Shown here piece after piece: positions 39,065-55,630 of a stretch of DNA of 64,000 nucleotides; position 1 is the first letter of the stretch, and the number at the start of each line of letters is the position of its first letter. The stretch is from the NCBI RefSeq assembly GCF_055900595.2, contig NZ_CM148325.1; one strand, written 5' to 3'. The notes beneath the pieces were generated by a model. It had not been told where the DNA came from and did no database searches. It saw only the letters and a program-made list of their open reading frames with translations. The position numbers were made by a program, and so were the translations under genes.

Positions 39065-39754
39065 TTACTCACTCTCTGCCGGTAATACTGGCATCCAGTC
39101 AATCGGTTTCTCGCCACGTTGTTCCAGCCACTGATTTGCCAGCACAAAATGATTGCAGCCAAAGAATCCACGATGTGCAGAAAGCGGCGATGGATGCGGC
39201 GCTTTCAGTACGTGATGGCGTTGCTTATCTATAATCGCTCCTTTCTTTTGCGCATGTGATCCCCACAACAAAAACACCACGCCTTCGCGGTGCTGGTTAA
39301 TCAGGCTGATGACTTTGTCGGTGAAGGTCTCCCAACCGAGGCTGGCGTGGGAATGCGCCTGACCTGCGCGAACCGTCAAGACGGTATTGAGCAGCAGAAC
39401 GCCCTGACGCGCCCAGCTTTCAAGATAACCATGATTAGGGCGGGTGAAGCCGGGAATAGTATTTTCGAGCTCTTTATACATATTCAGCAGTGACGGCGGT
39501 GTCGCAATGCCGGGGCGAACGGAAAATGCCAGACCATGCGCCTGTCCCGGTCCGTGATAAGGATCCTGACCGAGGATCACCACTTTAACGTCACCCAACT
39601 CTGTAAAGCGGAAGGCGTTAAAGACATCTTTTTGTGGTGGATAGATAGTGACGCCGGACTGCCGCTCGCTGGCGACGGTCTGAAGGGTATTAAGAAAATA
39701 GGGTTGCTGCTTCTCTTCAGCCAGCACATCATGCCAGGTTAATTCGTTAGCCAT
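39065..39754 (-). CDS. ung: Uracil-DNA glycosylase
   Basis: [20 protein letters not shown]...[18 protein letters not shown], 229 aa. Confidence 0.96.
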   Translation of the reverse strand: MANELTWHDVLAEEKQQPYFLNTLQTVASERQSGVTIYPPQKDVFNAFRFTELGDVKVVILGQDPYHGPGQAHGLAFSVRPGIATPPSLLNMYKELENTIPGFTRPNHGYLESWARQGVLLLNTVLTVRAGQAHSHASLGWETFTDKVISLINQHREGVVFLLWGSHAQKKGAIIDKQRHHVLKAPHPSPLSAHRGFFGCNHFVLANQWLEQRGEKPIDWMPVLPAESE

Positions 39755-39884
39755 CTCGCTCTCCTGCGAATCTTCAATCCGCCTAGCTTAACTGCTTCTT
39801 TCTACAGAACAAAACCAAGCTCATTTTTTAGACTTTAATGAGTGCAAAAAAATGTAAATTGGTAAAATTTCACACCCGTATAAG

Positions 39885-39951
39885 TTGATGTAAAACAATA
39901 AAATCCATTTGCGAGCACACTTGATGCGTGGTTTTTATTGATTTAAATCAA
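39885..39951 (+). promoter_or_regulatory. Two FNR/CRP-family binding sites in the grcA (yfiD) promoter
   Basis: ttgatgtaaaacaa (39885-39898) and perfect ttgatttaaatcaa (39938-39951), TTGAT-N4-ATCAA, centres 53 bp apart. Confidence 0.75.
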
Positions 39952-40058
39952 AGAATCAAGGGTGTTTGAGGAGTATATATACACTCAAGCAACAATGGTT
40001 TTACCAATTGGCCGCGACAGGCTAAACAAATCAAATAATTTTGCCGGGGAGGCATCAC

Positions 40059-40442
40059 ATGATTACAGGTATCCAGATTACTAAAGCTGCTAATGACGAT
40101 CTGCTGAACTCTTTCTGGCTGCTGGACAGCGAAAAAGGCGAAGCGCGTTGCATCGTTGCGAAAGCAGGTTTTGCAGAAGACGAAGTGGTTGCAGTAAGCA
40201 AACTGGGTGACATTGAATACCGTGAAGTTCCAGTAGAAGTTAAACCAGAAGTTCGCGTTGAAGGTGGTCAGCACCTGAACGTAAACGTTCTGCGTCGTGA
40301 AACTCTGGAAGATGCAGTTAAGCATCCGGAAAAATATCCGCAGCTGACCATCCGTGTATCCGGTTATGCAGTTCGCTTTAACTCTCTGACTCCGGAACAG
40401 CAGCGCGATGTTATCGCTCGTACCTTTACTGAAAGCCTGTAA
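40059..40442 (+). CDS. grcA: Autonomous glycyl radical cofactor GrcA (YfiD)
   Basis: [28 protein letters not shown]...[13 protein letters not shown], 127 aa; ORF-track start at 40041 is a TTG upstream. Confidence 0.95.
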
Positions 40443-40497
40443 GGTTTAAGTAGCAAGTTACTAAGCGGAAGAGGGCGACCTCTTCCGCTTTTTTTCA

Positions 40498-41085
40498 TTA
40501 ACAGAAAATGCGCACCGCGCAATAGACCAGCAACAACGCCAGCACGATATTTAACTGGCGACCATACTGGCGAAACAATCGCTGAAACAGGTGCCCCGCC
40601 AGCGCCCAGCACACATTGCCAAAGGTCCCAATCATTGCCAGCAAAACGCTGACGCCAATCACCCAGCTTAACGCCTGCGTTTGTGGCAGGACAAATGTCG
40701 ACAGTGCTGTAATGCCGTACAAAATAATTTTGACGTTCACAAACTGCAAAGCAAAGCTGGCCCAAAAGCTGATCGGTTTGGCCTGAAGTCCGTCTTCCTT
40801 GGTTGGACTGGTAGCGATTTTCCACGCCAGCCAGACAATATATGCTGCTCCTGCCCAACTCAAAAGGTGCACCGCTGCCGGGTCGATAACAGCCAGTGAA
40901 AATGAAATTCCTGCACACAGTAACATCACAATCAAAAATCCCAGACTCATCCCTGCCAGCACGCGGGTACTCCGACGAAATCCATGCGACGTGGCAGAGC
41001 TAAGAGCGAGTATATTGTTTGGTCCTGGCGTCAGGGCGGTAATCAGGGTGTAGGTCCAAAAAGCACTTAAAAGGGTCGGTGTCAC
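40498..41085 (-). CDS. eamB: Cysteine/O-acetylserine efflux protein EamB (YfiK), LysE/RhtB family
   Basis: 195-aa polytopic membrane ORF. Confidence 0.9.
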   Translation of the reverse strand: MTPTLLSAFWTYTLITALTPGPNNILALSSATSHGFRRSTRVLAGMSLGFLIVMLLCAGISFSLAVIDPAAVHLLSWAGAAYIVWLAWKIATSPTKEDGLQAKPISFWASFALQFVNVKIILYGITALSTFVLPQTQALSWVIGVSVLLAMIGTFGNVCWALAGHLFQRLFRQYGRQLNIVLALLLVYCAVRIFC

Positions 41086-41187
41086 TTGTTATCTCCTCTG
41101 TTTTGGTAGACAGTACCCGACACGAAACATTTAAAAAAATGAATGTTTTCACATTCTAAATTCGATATTTTCGATAGGTTTGGAGTT

Positions 41188-42069
41188 ATGGATCTGCGCC
41201 GTTTTATTACGCTTAAAACCGTGGTGGAAGAGGGTTCCTTTTTGCGAGCTTCGCAAAAATTGTGTTGCACACAATCGACGGTGACTTTTCATATTCAGCA
41301 GCTTGAACAGGAGTTCTCAGTACAATTGTTTGAGAAAATTGGCCGACGGATGTGCCTCACTCGCGAAGGCAAAAAGTTGCTGCCGCACATCTATGAACTC
41401 ACCAGAGTGATGGATACGCTTCGTGAGGCTGCCAAAAAAGAGTCTGATCCGGACGGAGAACTGCGCGTTGTTTCAGGCGAAACGCTGCTCTCTTACCGAA
41501 TGCCGCAGGTGTTGCAGCGTTTTCGGCAACGTGCACCAAAAGTGCGTTTATCACTGCAGTCGCTGAACTGTTACGTGATCCGTGATGCTCTACTGAATGA
41601 TGAGGCCGATGTCGGTGTTTTTTATCGCGTAGGAAATGATGATGCTCTGAATCGACGAGAATTGGGTGAACAATCGCTGGTGCTGGTGGCTTCACCGCAA
41701 ATTGCAGATGTCGATTTTACTCAGCCTGGAAGACATAACGCCTGTAGCTTTATTATCAACGAACCACAATGTGTCTTCCGGCAGATATTTGAGAGCACGC
41801 TGCGCCAGCGGCGGATCACGGTGGAAAATACCATTGAGCTTATAAGCATTGAAAGCATCAAGCGTTGTGTCGCGGCGAATATCGGGGTCAGTTACCTGCC
41901 GCGCTTTGCAGTGGCAAATGAACTTGCGAGTGGCGAATTAATCGAATTGCCTTTTGGCGAACAGTCGCAGACCATTACGGCAATGTGCGCTCACCATGCC
42001 GGGAAAGCGGTTAGCCCGGCGATGCACACTTTTATTCAGTGTGTTGAAGAGTGTTTTTTGCCGGGATAA
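41188..42069 (+). CDS. yfiE: LysR-family transcriptional regulator YfiE
   Basis: MDLRRFITLKTVVEEGSFLRASQKL... HTH N-terminus, 293 aa; divergent from eamB. Confidence 0.88.
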   Translation: MDLRRFITLKTVVEEGSFLRASQKLCCTQSTVTFHIQQLEQEFSVQLFEKIGRRMCLTREGKKLLPHIYELTRVMDTLREAAKKESDPDGELRVVSGETLLSYRMPQVLQRFRQRAPKVRLSLQSLNCYVIRDALLNDEADVGVFYRVGNDDALNRRELGEQSLVLVASPQIADVDFTQPGRHNACSFIINEPQCVFRQIFESTLRQRRITVENTIELISIESIKRCVAANIGVSYLPRFAVANELASGELIELPFGEQSQTITAMCAHHAGKAVSPAMHTFIQCVEECFLPG

Positions 42070-42075
42070 AAATAA

Positions 42076-42272
42076 TGCCGGGCTTAAACCCGGCACCTAA
42101 CTTGTCGACGAAGTGCGTTTTGTTCATGCCGGATGCGGCGTGAACGCCTTATCCGGCCTACAAGATCGTGCAAATTCAATATATTGCATGAGCCATGTAG
42201 GCCTGATAAGCGTAGAGCATCAGGCAGTTTTGCGTTTGCCAGCACTTTTAATTCCGGGCTTAAACCCGGAAT
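42076..42272. repeat. BIME: two inverted REP elements flanked by near-identical ccgggcttaaacccgg palindromes
   Basis: REP gccggatgcggcgtgaacgccttatccggcctac (42128-42161), inverted REP gtaggcctgataagcgtagagcatcaggc (42197-42225), palindromes at 42078-42093 and 42255-42270. Confidence 0.75.
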
Positions 42273-42277
42273 TAAGA

Positions 42278-43612
42278 TCACTCTTCTGTCGTTTGCGGTG
42301 GCACGCCCGTTCCGCTTGGTTTACGGCGCTTACCAATATTTTTGGTGTCGCGATGGCGTTTTTTCACCCGCGGCTTCTCTTTCTCTTTAGCCTTTTTCTT
42401 CTCGGCGCGTTTTGCCAGTACTTTCTTCGATGGCTTGCCGGTCTGCTTCTCACTTGGCGCACGCGTTTTCGGGCGTAACTCATCAATTACGCGAGCTTTA
42501 ATTGGCTCTTCAATATAACGGCCTACTTTGCCCAGCAGCAGATGGTCATGAGCTTCAACCAGTGAAATCGCGGTTCCCTTACGACCAGCGCGAGCAGTAC
42601 GTCCGATACGGTGTAAATAAGTATCGCCACTGCGTGGCATATCGAAGTTAAAAACATGGCTGACATCCGGAATGTCGATACCGCGCGCGGCAACATCGGT
42701 GGCAACCAGTACGTTTACGCGACCTTCGGTCAGACGTTTAATCGCTTCGTTACGCTTACCTTGTACCATCTCGCCTTCGAGATAGCAGTTGTTGATGCCC
42801 GCTTCGCGCAGCCAGTTTGCCAGCTCATGCACACGCTCACGCTTACGCACAAATACGATTGAGCGAGTCGCTTCCGGCTGTTTTAACAGGTGCACCAGCA
42901 ACGCGGTTTTATGTTCCAGGTCATCGGCGCGGTAATACCACTGATGAATCTTTTTGCGCTCACGGGTGGATGGATTCGCAGAAACTTCCACCGGATCTTC
43001 AAGCAGACGCTCGGCAAAATCCTGAATGGCATCGCCTTCAAGCGTTGCCGAGAAGAGCAGGGTCTGTTTACGCCAGCGCGTTTCGCCTGCAATATGTTCG
43101 ATATCCTGAGCAAAACCCATATCCAGCATACGGTCTGCTTCGTCGAGGATCAGCGTTTCAACCGCGCGGCAATCGAAGTTCTCTTCTTTTATGTATTGCA
43201 GCAGACGTCCGGTCGTGGCAACCACGATATCCTGGTTTTCGCTGAATACTTCCGCGTGGTTCATATAGGCTACGCCGCCGGTGATGGTGGCGATATCCAG
43301 ATGCGTATGTTTCGCCAGTTCGCGGGCATGATCGGCCACCTGCATCGCCAGTTCGCGAGTCGGGGTGAGGATCAAAATACGCGGCGGACCGGATTTCTTA
43401 CGGGGGAAATCGAGCAGGTGCTGCAACGCTGGCAGCAGATACGCCGCCGTTTTACCGGTGCCTGTCGGCGCAGAACCGAGTACATCACGGCCATCGAGCG
43501 CAGGCGGAATGGCGGCAGCCTGAATGGCGGTCGGGCGAGTGAAACCTTTATCCTGGAGGGCTTCCAGCAGGCTTTCGTCGAGTTCAAGTTCGGAAAAAGT
43601 CGTTACAGTCAT
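42278..43612 (-). CDS. srmB: ATP-dependent DEAD-box RNA helicase SrmB
   Basis: 444 aa with [17 protein letters not shown] motifs and basic C-terminal tail. Confidence 0.95.
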   Translation of the reverse strand: MTVTTFSELELDESLLEALQDKGFTRPTAIQAAAIPPALDGRDVLGSAPTGTGKTAAYLLPALQHLLDFPRKKSGPPRILILTPTRELAMQVADHARELAKHTHLDIATITGGVAYMNHAEVFSENQDIVVATTGRLLQYIKEENFDCRAVETLILDEADRMLDMGFAQDIEHIAGETRWRKQTLLFSATLEGDAIQDFAERLLEDPVEVSANPSTRERKKIHQWYYRADDLEHKTALLVHLLKQPEATRSIVFVRKRERVHELANWLREAGINNCYLEGEMVQGKRNEAIKRLTEGRVNVLVATDVAARGIDIPDVSHVFNFDMPRSGDTYLHRIGRTARAGRKGTAISLVEAHDHLLLGKVGRYIEEPIKARVIDELRPKTRAPSEKQTGKPSKKVLAKRAEKKKAKEKEKPRVKKRHRDTKNIGKRRKPSGTGVPPQTTEE

Positions 43613-43743
43613 GTTCTACCTCTGTGTGGGGCGCTGATTATAGACGTTACGGCTGCAATCTTCATCTGTTTGTATGGATATCGCTTCTCGGGTATTGTTC
43701 TCACCCGGTGCTATCGCCGTTTTTCCTGCAAGGTTTTATTTTC

Positions 43744-46130
<2,387 letters not shown>

Positions 46131-46384
46131 TCATGTTGTGCGATTAAACACCTGCTATTTTAATTTTTGTTACAGAGGCTAAACAGACCGAATCACGGCG
46201 ACGAGAAAACGAGAAGTTACTGGCTGGCGAAGGATTATGTGGTGAAATAAAAAGGCCGTTGGGTTACTCTTCAGGCAGTTAAATGGGCATTTCTACACAG
46301 ATAATGCGATGTTCAGATTCTGTAGACTTATAATGATAGATAATGATCCGTCTACAGCATGACAAACAAAAACAGATGCGTTAC

Positions 46385-46412
46385 GGAACTTTACAAAAAC
46401 GAGACACTCTAA
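46385..46412 (+). promoter_or_regulatory. Sigma-E-dependent promoter (rpoE P2, autoregulated)
   Basis: ggaactt (46385-46391) -N16- tctaa (46408-46412) matches sigma-E consensus GGAACTT / TCnAA. Confidence 0.75.
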
Positions 46413-46494
46413 CCCTTTGCTTGCTCAAATTGCAGCTAATGGAGTGGCGTTTCGATAGCGCGTGGAAATTTGGTTTGGGGAGACTTTACCTCGG

Positions 46495-47070
46495 ATGAGC
46501 GAGCAGTTAACGGACCAGGTCCTGGTTGAACGGGTCCAGAAGGGAGATCAGAAAGCCTTTAACTTACTGGTAGTGCGCTATCAGCATAAAGTGGCGAGTC
46601 TGGTTTCCCGCTATGTGCCGTCGGGTGATGTTCCCGATGTGGTACAAGAAGCTTTTATTAAAGCCTATCGTGCGCTGGATTCGTTCCGGGGAGATAGCGC
46701 TTTTTATACATGGCTGTATCGGATTGCTGTAAATACAGCGAAAAATTACCTGGTTGCTCAGGGACGCCGTCCACCTTCCAGTGATGTGGATGCCATTGAA
46801 GCTGAAAACTTCGAAAGTGGCGGCGCGTTGAAAGAAATTTCGAACCCTGAGAACTTAATGTTGTCAGAAGAACTGAGACAGATAGTTTTCCGAACTATTG
46901 AGTCCCTCCCGGAAGATTTACGCATGGCAATAACCTTGCGGGAGCTGGATGGCCTGAGCTATGAAGAGATAGCCGCTATCATGGATTGTCCGGTAGGTAC
47001 GGTGCGTTCACGTATCTTCCGAGCGAGGGAAGCTATTGATAACAAAGTTCAACCGCTTATCAGGCGTTGA
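46495..47070 (+). CDS. rpoE: RNA polymerase sigma-E factor (ECF, sigma-24)
   Basis: MSEQLTDQVLVERVQKGDQKAFNLLVVRYQHKV... 191 aa. Confidence 0.96.
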   Translation: MSEQLTDQVLVERVQKGDQKAFNLLVVRYQHKVASLVSRYVPSGDVPDVVQEAFIKAYRALDSFRGDSAFYTWLYRIAVNTAKNYLVAQGRRPPSSDVDAIEAENFESGGALKEISNPENLMLSEELRQIVFRTIESLPEDLRMAITLRELDGLSYEEIAAIMDCPVGTVRSRIFRAREAIDNKVQPLIRR

Positions 47071-47102
47071 CGATAGCGGGATACTGGATAAGGGTATTAG
47101 GC

Positions 47103-47753
47103 ATGCAGAAAGAACAACTTTCCGCTTTAATGGATGGCGAAACGCTGGATAGTGAGCTGCTTAACGAACTGGCTCATAACCCAGAAATGCAGAAAACCTG
47201 GGAAAGCTATCACTTAATCCGTGACTCAATGCGGGGTGATACTCCCGAGGTGCTCCATTTCGATATCTCTTCACGCGTAATGGCCGCCATTGAAGAAGAG
47301 CCAGTACGTCAACCGGCGACACTGATCCCAGAGGCCCAGCCTGCGCCGCATCAATGGCAGAAAATGCCATTCTGGCAGAAAGTACGTCCATGGGCAGCAC
47401 AGCTTACCCAAATGGGCGTAGCAGCATGCGTATCGCTTGCAGTTATCGTTGGCGTCCAGCACTATAATGGGCAATCTGAAACGTCCCAGCAGCCCGAAAC
47501 GCCAGTATTTAATACACTGCCGATGATGGGTAAAGCCAGCCCGGTTAGCCTGGGAGTACCTTCTGAAGCGACTGCAAATAATGGTCAACAGCAGCAGGTA
47601 CAGGAGCAGCGTCGTCGCATTAATGCAATGTTGCAGGATTACGAACTGCAACGTCGACTCCACTCTGAACAGCTTCAGTTTGAGCAGGCCCAAACACAGC
47701 AAGCCGCTGTACAGGTGCCAGGAATTCAAACTTTAGGAACGCAATCGCAGTAA
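47103..47753 (+). CDS. rseA: Anti-sigma-E factor RseA
   Basis: MQKEQLSALMDGETLDSELL... 216 aa with single transmembrane segment. Confidence 0.95.
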   Translation: MQKEQLSALMDGETLDSELLNELAHNPEMQKTWESYHLIRDSMRGDTPEVLHFDISSRVMAAIEEEPVRQPATLIPEAQPAPHQWQKMPFWQKVRPWAAQLTQMGVAACVSLAVIVGVQHYNGQSETSQQPETPVFNTLPMMGKASPVSLGVPSEATANNGQQQQVQEQRRRINAMLQDYELQRRLHSEQLQFEQAQTQQAAVQVPGIQTLGTQSQ

Positions 47754-48709
47754 TGAAGCAACTTTGGTTTGCCATGTCATTAGTGACAGGTAGCCTGTTA
47801 TTCTCTGCTAACGCCTCGGCCACTCCCGCGTCCGGGGCGTTATTACAGCAGATGAACCTGGCCAGTCAGTCACTGAATTACGAGCTGTCATTCATCAGCA
47901 TCAATAAACAGGGTGTTGAGTCTCTGCGTTATCGACATGCACGCCTCGATAACCGTCCTCTTGCACAATTGTTGCAAATGGATGGCCCGCGCCGGGAAGT
48001 GGTACAGCGCGGCAATGAAATCAGCTACTTTGAACCGGGCCTTGAACCGTTCACGCTTAATGGCGATTACATTGTTGATTCTCTGCCATCGCTCATCTAT
48101 ACCGATTTCAAACGCCTTTCTCCTTACTACGACTTTATCTCCGTGGGACGCACGCGTATTGCTGATCGTCTTTGCGAAGTCATTCGCGTGGTGGCCCGTG
48201 ATGGCACACGCTACAGCTACATCGTGTGGATGGACACCGAATCGAAATTACCGATGCGGGTTGATCTCCTTGATCGCGATGGTGAAACGCTGGAACAATT
48301 TCGCGTGATTGCTTTTAACGTTAATCAGGATATCAGCAGCAGTATGCAGACGCTGGCGAAAGCAAATCTGCCGCCGCTGCTTTCTGTTCCTGTAGGTGAA
48401 AAAGCTAAATTCAGCTGGACGCCAACCTGGTTGCCACAGGGGTTTAGTGAAGTTTCCAGCAGCCGACGTCCGTTACCGACGATGGACAACATGCCTATCG
48501 AATCACGTCTCTATTCCGACGGATTATTCAGCTTCTCGGTAAACGTTAACCGCGCTACGCCATCGAGCACCGATCAGATGTTGCGCACCGGACGCAGAAC
48601 CGTCAGTACAAGCGTACGTGATAACGCCGAAATCACCATTGTCGGCGAACTGCCGCCGCAAACGGCGAAACGCATTGCCGAGAATATTAAGTTCGGGGCA
48701 GCGCAATGA
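47753..48709 (+). CDS. rseB: Sigma-E regulatory protein RseB
   Basis: 318 aa with signal peptide. Confidence 0.95.
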   Translation: MKQLWFAMSLVTGSLLFSANASATPASGALLQQMNLASQSLNYELSFISINKQGVESLRYRHARLDNRPLAQLLQMDGPRREVVQRGNEISYFEPGLEPFTLNGDYIVDSLPSLIYTDFKRLSPYYDFISVGRTRIADRLCEVIRVVARDGTRYSYIVWMDTESKLPMRVDLLDRDGETLEQFRVIAFNVNQDISSSMQTLAKANLPPLLSVPVGEKAKFSWTPTWLPQGFSEVSSSRRPLPTMDNMPIESRLYSDGLFSFSVNVNRATPSSTDQMLRTGRRTVSTSVRDNAEITIVGELPPQTAKRIAENIKFGAAQ

Positions 48710-49185
48710 TCAAAGAGTGGGCTACGGTCGTCTCCTGGCAAAACGGGCAGGCGCTGGTCAGTTGTGATGTTAAAGCCTCATGCAGCAGCTGTGCTTCCCG
48801 TGTCGGTTGCGGTAGCCGCGTGCTGAATAAACTTGGCCCACAAACCACGCATACCATTGTCGTACCCTGTGATGAACCGTTAGTACCGGGGCAAAAAGTG
48901 GAATTAGGAATCACCGAAGGCAGCCTGCTTAGCTCCGCATTACTGGTTTATATGTCGCCGTTGGTGGGATTATTCCTCATCGCTTCGTTATTTCAGCTAC
49001 TCTTTGCTTCAGATCTTGCAGCATTATGCGGTGCGATTCTCGGCGGCGTTGGTGGATTCCTGATTGCACGCAGCTACTCGCGAAAGTTTGCTGCCCGGGC
49101 AGAATGGCAACCGATCATCTTAAGCGTGGCATTGCCGCCAGGCCTTGTGCGATTTGAAACATCTTCGGAAGACGCGAGCCAGTGA
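48706..49185 (+). CDS. rseC: Sigma-E regulatory protein RseC
   Basis: 159 aa membrane protein; overlaps rseB stop by 4 nt. Confidence 0.93.
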   Translation: MIKEWATVVSWQNGQALVSCDVKASCSSCASRVGCGSRVLNKLGPQTTHTIVVPCDEPLVPGQKVELGITEGSLLSSALLVYMSPLVGLFLIASLFQLLFASDLAALCGAILGGVGGFLIARSYSRKFAARAEWQPIILSVALPPGLVRFETSSEDASQ

Positions 49186-49382
49186 TTTCACTGGCTTTGT
49201 TGCATTTTGCATAACAAATGCGAGGACGTTTCCAGATACCACAATCCATACCGTATGAACATTTCCTCGCCTCAATGTTGTAGTGTAGAATGCGGCGTTT
49301 CTATTAATACAGACGTTAAGCTCAGAACAGCGACTTCTAAAAGCCTGGTTAACCGGGCATTAAGGCACAATAATCATACTTT

Positions 49383-51182
<1,800 letters not shown>

Positions 51183-51197
51183 CCCTTAGGAGTTGGC

Positions 51198-52172
51198 ATG
51201 GCGAATATGTTTGCCCTCATTCTGGTGATTGCCACACTGGTGACGGGCATTTTATGGTGCGTGGATAAATTCTTTTTCGCACCTAAGCGACGGGAACGTC
51301 AGGCAGCGGCTCAAGCGGCTGCTGGTGACTCACTGGATAAAGCAACGCTGAAAAAAGTTGCACCGAAGCCAGGTTGGCTGGAAACCGGGGCTTCTGTTTT
51401 TCCAGTGCTGGCTATTGTATTGATTGTGCGTTCGTTTATTTATGAACCGTTCCAGATCCCGTCAGGTTCGATGATGCCGACTCTGTTAATCGGTGACTTT
51501 ATTCTGGTAGAAAAGTTTGCTTACGGCATTAAAGATCCTATCTACCAGAAAACGCTGATCGAAACCGGTCATCCGAAGCGTGGCGATATCGTGGTCTTTA
51601 AATACCCGGAAGATCCAAAGCTTGATTACATCAAGCGTGCGGTGGGTTTACCGGGCGATAAAGTCACTTACGATCCGGTTTCAAAAGAGCTGACGATTCA
51701 GCCGGGATGCAGTTCCGGTCAGGCGTGTGAAAACGCGCTGCCGGTCACCTACTCAAACGTGGAACCGAGCGATTTCGTTCAGACCTTCTCGCGCCGTAAT
51801 GGTGGGGAAGCAACCAGCGGATTCTTTGAAGTGCCGAAAAACGAAACCAAAGAAAATGGAATTCGTCTTTCCGAGCGTAAAGAGACTCTGGGTGATGTGA
51901 CGCACCGTATTTTGACAGTGCCGATTGCGCAGGATCAGGTGGGGATGTATTACCAGCAGCCAGGGCAACAACTGGCAACCTGGATTGTTCCACCGGGCCA
52001 ATACTTCATGATGGGTGACAACCGTGACAACAGCGCGGACAGCCGTTACTGGGGCTTTGTGCCGGAAGCGAATCTGGTAGGTCGGGCAACGGCTATCTGG
52101 ATGAGTTTCGATAAGCAAGAAGGCGAATGGCCGACTGGTGTGCGCTTAAGTCGTATTGGCGGCATCCATTAA
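51198..52172 (+). CDS. lepB: Signal peptidase I
   Basis: 324 aa; catalytic serine (SGSMMPTL) is directly visible. Confidence 0.96.
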   Translation: MANMFALILVIATLVTGILWCVDKFFFAPKRRERQAAAQAAAGDSLDKATLKKVAPKPGWLETGASVFPVLAIVLIVRSFIYEPFQIPSGSMMPTLLIGDFILVEKFAYGIKDPIYQKTLIETGHPKRGDIVVFKYPEDPKLDYIKRAVGLPGDKVTYDPVSKELTIQPGCSSGQACENALPVTYSNVEPSDFVQTFSRRNGGEATSGFFEVPKNETKENGIRLSERKETLGDVTHRILTVPIAQDQVGMYYQQPGQQLATWIVPPGQYFMMGDNRDNSADSRYWGFVPEANLVGRATAIWMSFDKQEGEWPTGVRLSRIGGIH

Positions 52173-52318
52173 TAGCTTATCTTCGTTCACGTTGTCGCCG
52201 TTATGGCGACAACGTGAATTATTTATGAGATAAATCCCCCGTGGCTAACGACATCCCCCGTCGTTGTGTATAGAATATTCCCCCGAAGTTTAAGGTTGGC
52301 ACCTCCAGGTTGCCACGG

Positions 52319-52410
52319 CACACGAAACAGCGTTGGTCCCCATATACCGGTAAACTGAAACTGCAGCGAAGCAGTTAGCAGAGCCATGTATATCAGGTCT
52401 GTTTCGTGTG
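52319..52410 (+). promoter_or_regulatory. rnc leader long stem (RNase III autoregulatory processing structure)
   Basis: 12-bp perfect inverted repeat cacacgaaacag (52319-52330) / ctgtttcgtgtg (52399-52410) in the 5' UTR of rnc. Confidence 0.65.
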
Positions 52411-52414
52411 CTGA

Positions 52415-54027
<1,613 letters not shown>

Positions 54028-54158
54028 TTAGCATACTCTATGACTTTCGAGGTGCAGGAAGGCGGCAAGACCGTGAATCCCTGGGAGCTTACTAAAGTAA
54101 GTGACCAGGGTGAACGGGTGCAGCCAAGGCACCTGCAACTTGAAAGGCGACGAGTATG

Positions 54159-54887
54159 ATGGAAGGCTGGCAGCGCGCATTCGTATTGCATAGTCGCCCG
54201 TGGAGCGAAACCAGCCTGATGCTGGACGTCTTCACGGAGGAATCGGGTCGCGTGCGTCTGGTTGCCAAAGGCGCACGCTCTAAACGCTCTACTCTGAAAG
54301 GTGCATTACAGCCTTTCACCCCTCTCTTGCTACGTTTTGGCGGGCGTGGCGAAGTCAAAACGCTGCGCAGTGCCGAAGCTGTCTCGCTGGCGCTGCCATT
54401 AAGCGGTATCACCCTTTACAGTGGTTTGTACATTAACGAACTTCTCTCCCGCGTGCTGGAATACGAGACGCGCTTCTCTGAACTCTTTTTCGATTACTTG
54501 CACTGCATTCAGTCTCTTGCAGGTGCCACTGGTACGCCAGAACCCGCGCTGCGCCGCTTTGAACTGGCACTGCTCGGTCATCTGGGTTATGGCGTCAATT
54601 TTACCCATTGTGCGGGTAGCGGCGAGCCGGTAGATGACACCATGACGTATCGTTATCGCGAAGAAAAAGGGTTTATCGCAAGCGTCGTTATCGACAATAA
54701 AACGTTCACTGGAAGGCAGTTAAAAGCGTTAAACGCGCGGGAATTTCCTGACGCAGACACACTACGCGCCGCGAAACGCTTTACCCGTATGGCGCTTAAG
54801 CCGTATCTTGGCGGTAAACCATTAAAGAGCAGGGAACTGTTCCGGCAGTTTATGCCTAAGCGAACGGTGAAAACACATTATGAATGA
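54159..54887 (+). CDS. recO: DNA repair protein RecO
   Basis: [38 protein letters not shown]... 242 aa. Confidence 0.95.
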
Positions 54888-54898
54888 TGAGGATTGTC

Positions 54899-55630
54899 AT
54901 GGCTGAATTACTGTTAGGCGTCAACATTGACCATATTGCAACGCTGCGTAACGCACGTGGTACTGCTTACCCGGATCCGGTGCAGGCGGCGTTTATTGCT
55001 GAGCAGGCGGGGGCGGATGGCATTACCGTGCATCTACGTGAAGATCGTCGCCACATTACCGACCGCGACGTGCGCATCCTGCGTCAGACGCTGGATACCC
55101 GCATGAATCTGGAGATGGCGGTGACCGAAGAGATGCTGGCGATCGCCGTTGAAACAAAGCCGCATTTTTGCTGCCTGGTACCGGAAAAGCGTCAGGAAGT
55201 AACAACCGAAGGCGGCCTGGACGTCGCTGGACAGCGTGAAAAAATGCGCGATGCCTGCAAACGTCTGGCGGAGGCCGGGATCCTGGTTTCTCTGTTTATC
55301 GACGCCGATGAAGAGCAGATCAAAGCTGCGGCAGAGGTTGGCGCACCGTTTATCGAGATCCACACCGGTTGCTATGCTGATGCCAAAACTGACGCCGAAC
55401 AGGCGCAAGAGCTGGCGCGTATCGCCAAAGCCGCGGCCTTTGCCGCAAGTCTCGGTCTGAAAGTTAACGCTGGTCACGGTCTGACCTATCACAACGTGAA
55501 AGCCATTGCCGCCATTCCTGAGATGCACGAACTGAATATCGGTCATGCCATTATTGGTCGTGCAGTGATGACCGGACTGAAAGATGCGGTGGCAGAAATG
55601 AAGCGTTTGATGCTGGAAGCGCGTGGCTAA
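54899..55630 (+). CDS. pdxJ: Pyridoxine 5'-phosphate synthase
   Basis: [21 protein letters not shown]... 243 aa. Confidence 0.95.
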   Translation: MAELLLGVNIDHIATLRNARGTAYPDPVQAAFIAEQAGADGITVHLREDRRHITDRDVRILRQTLDTRMNLEMAVTEEMLAIAVETKPHFCCLVPEKRQEVTTEGGLDVAGQREKMRDACKRLAEAGILVSLFIDADEEQIKAAAEVGAPFIEIHTGCYADAKTDAEQAQELARIAKAAAFAASLGLKVNAGHGLTYHNVKAIAAIPEMHELNIGHAIIGRAVMTGLKDAVAEMKRLMLEARG

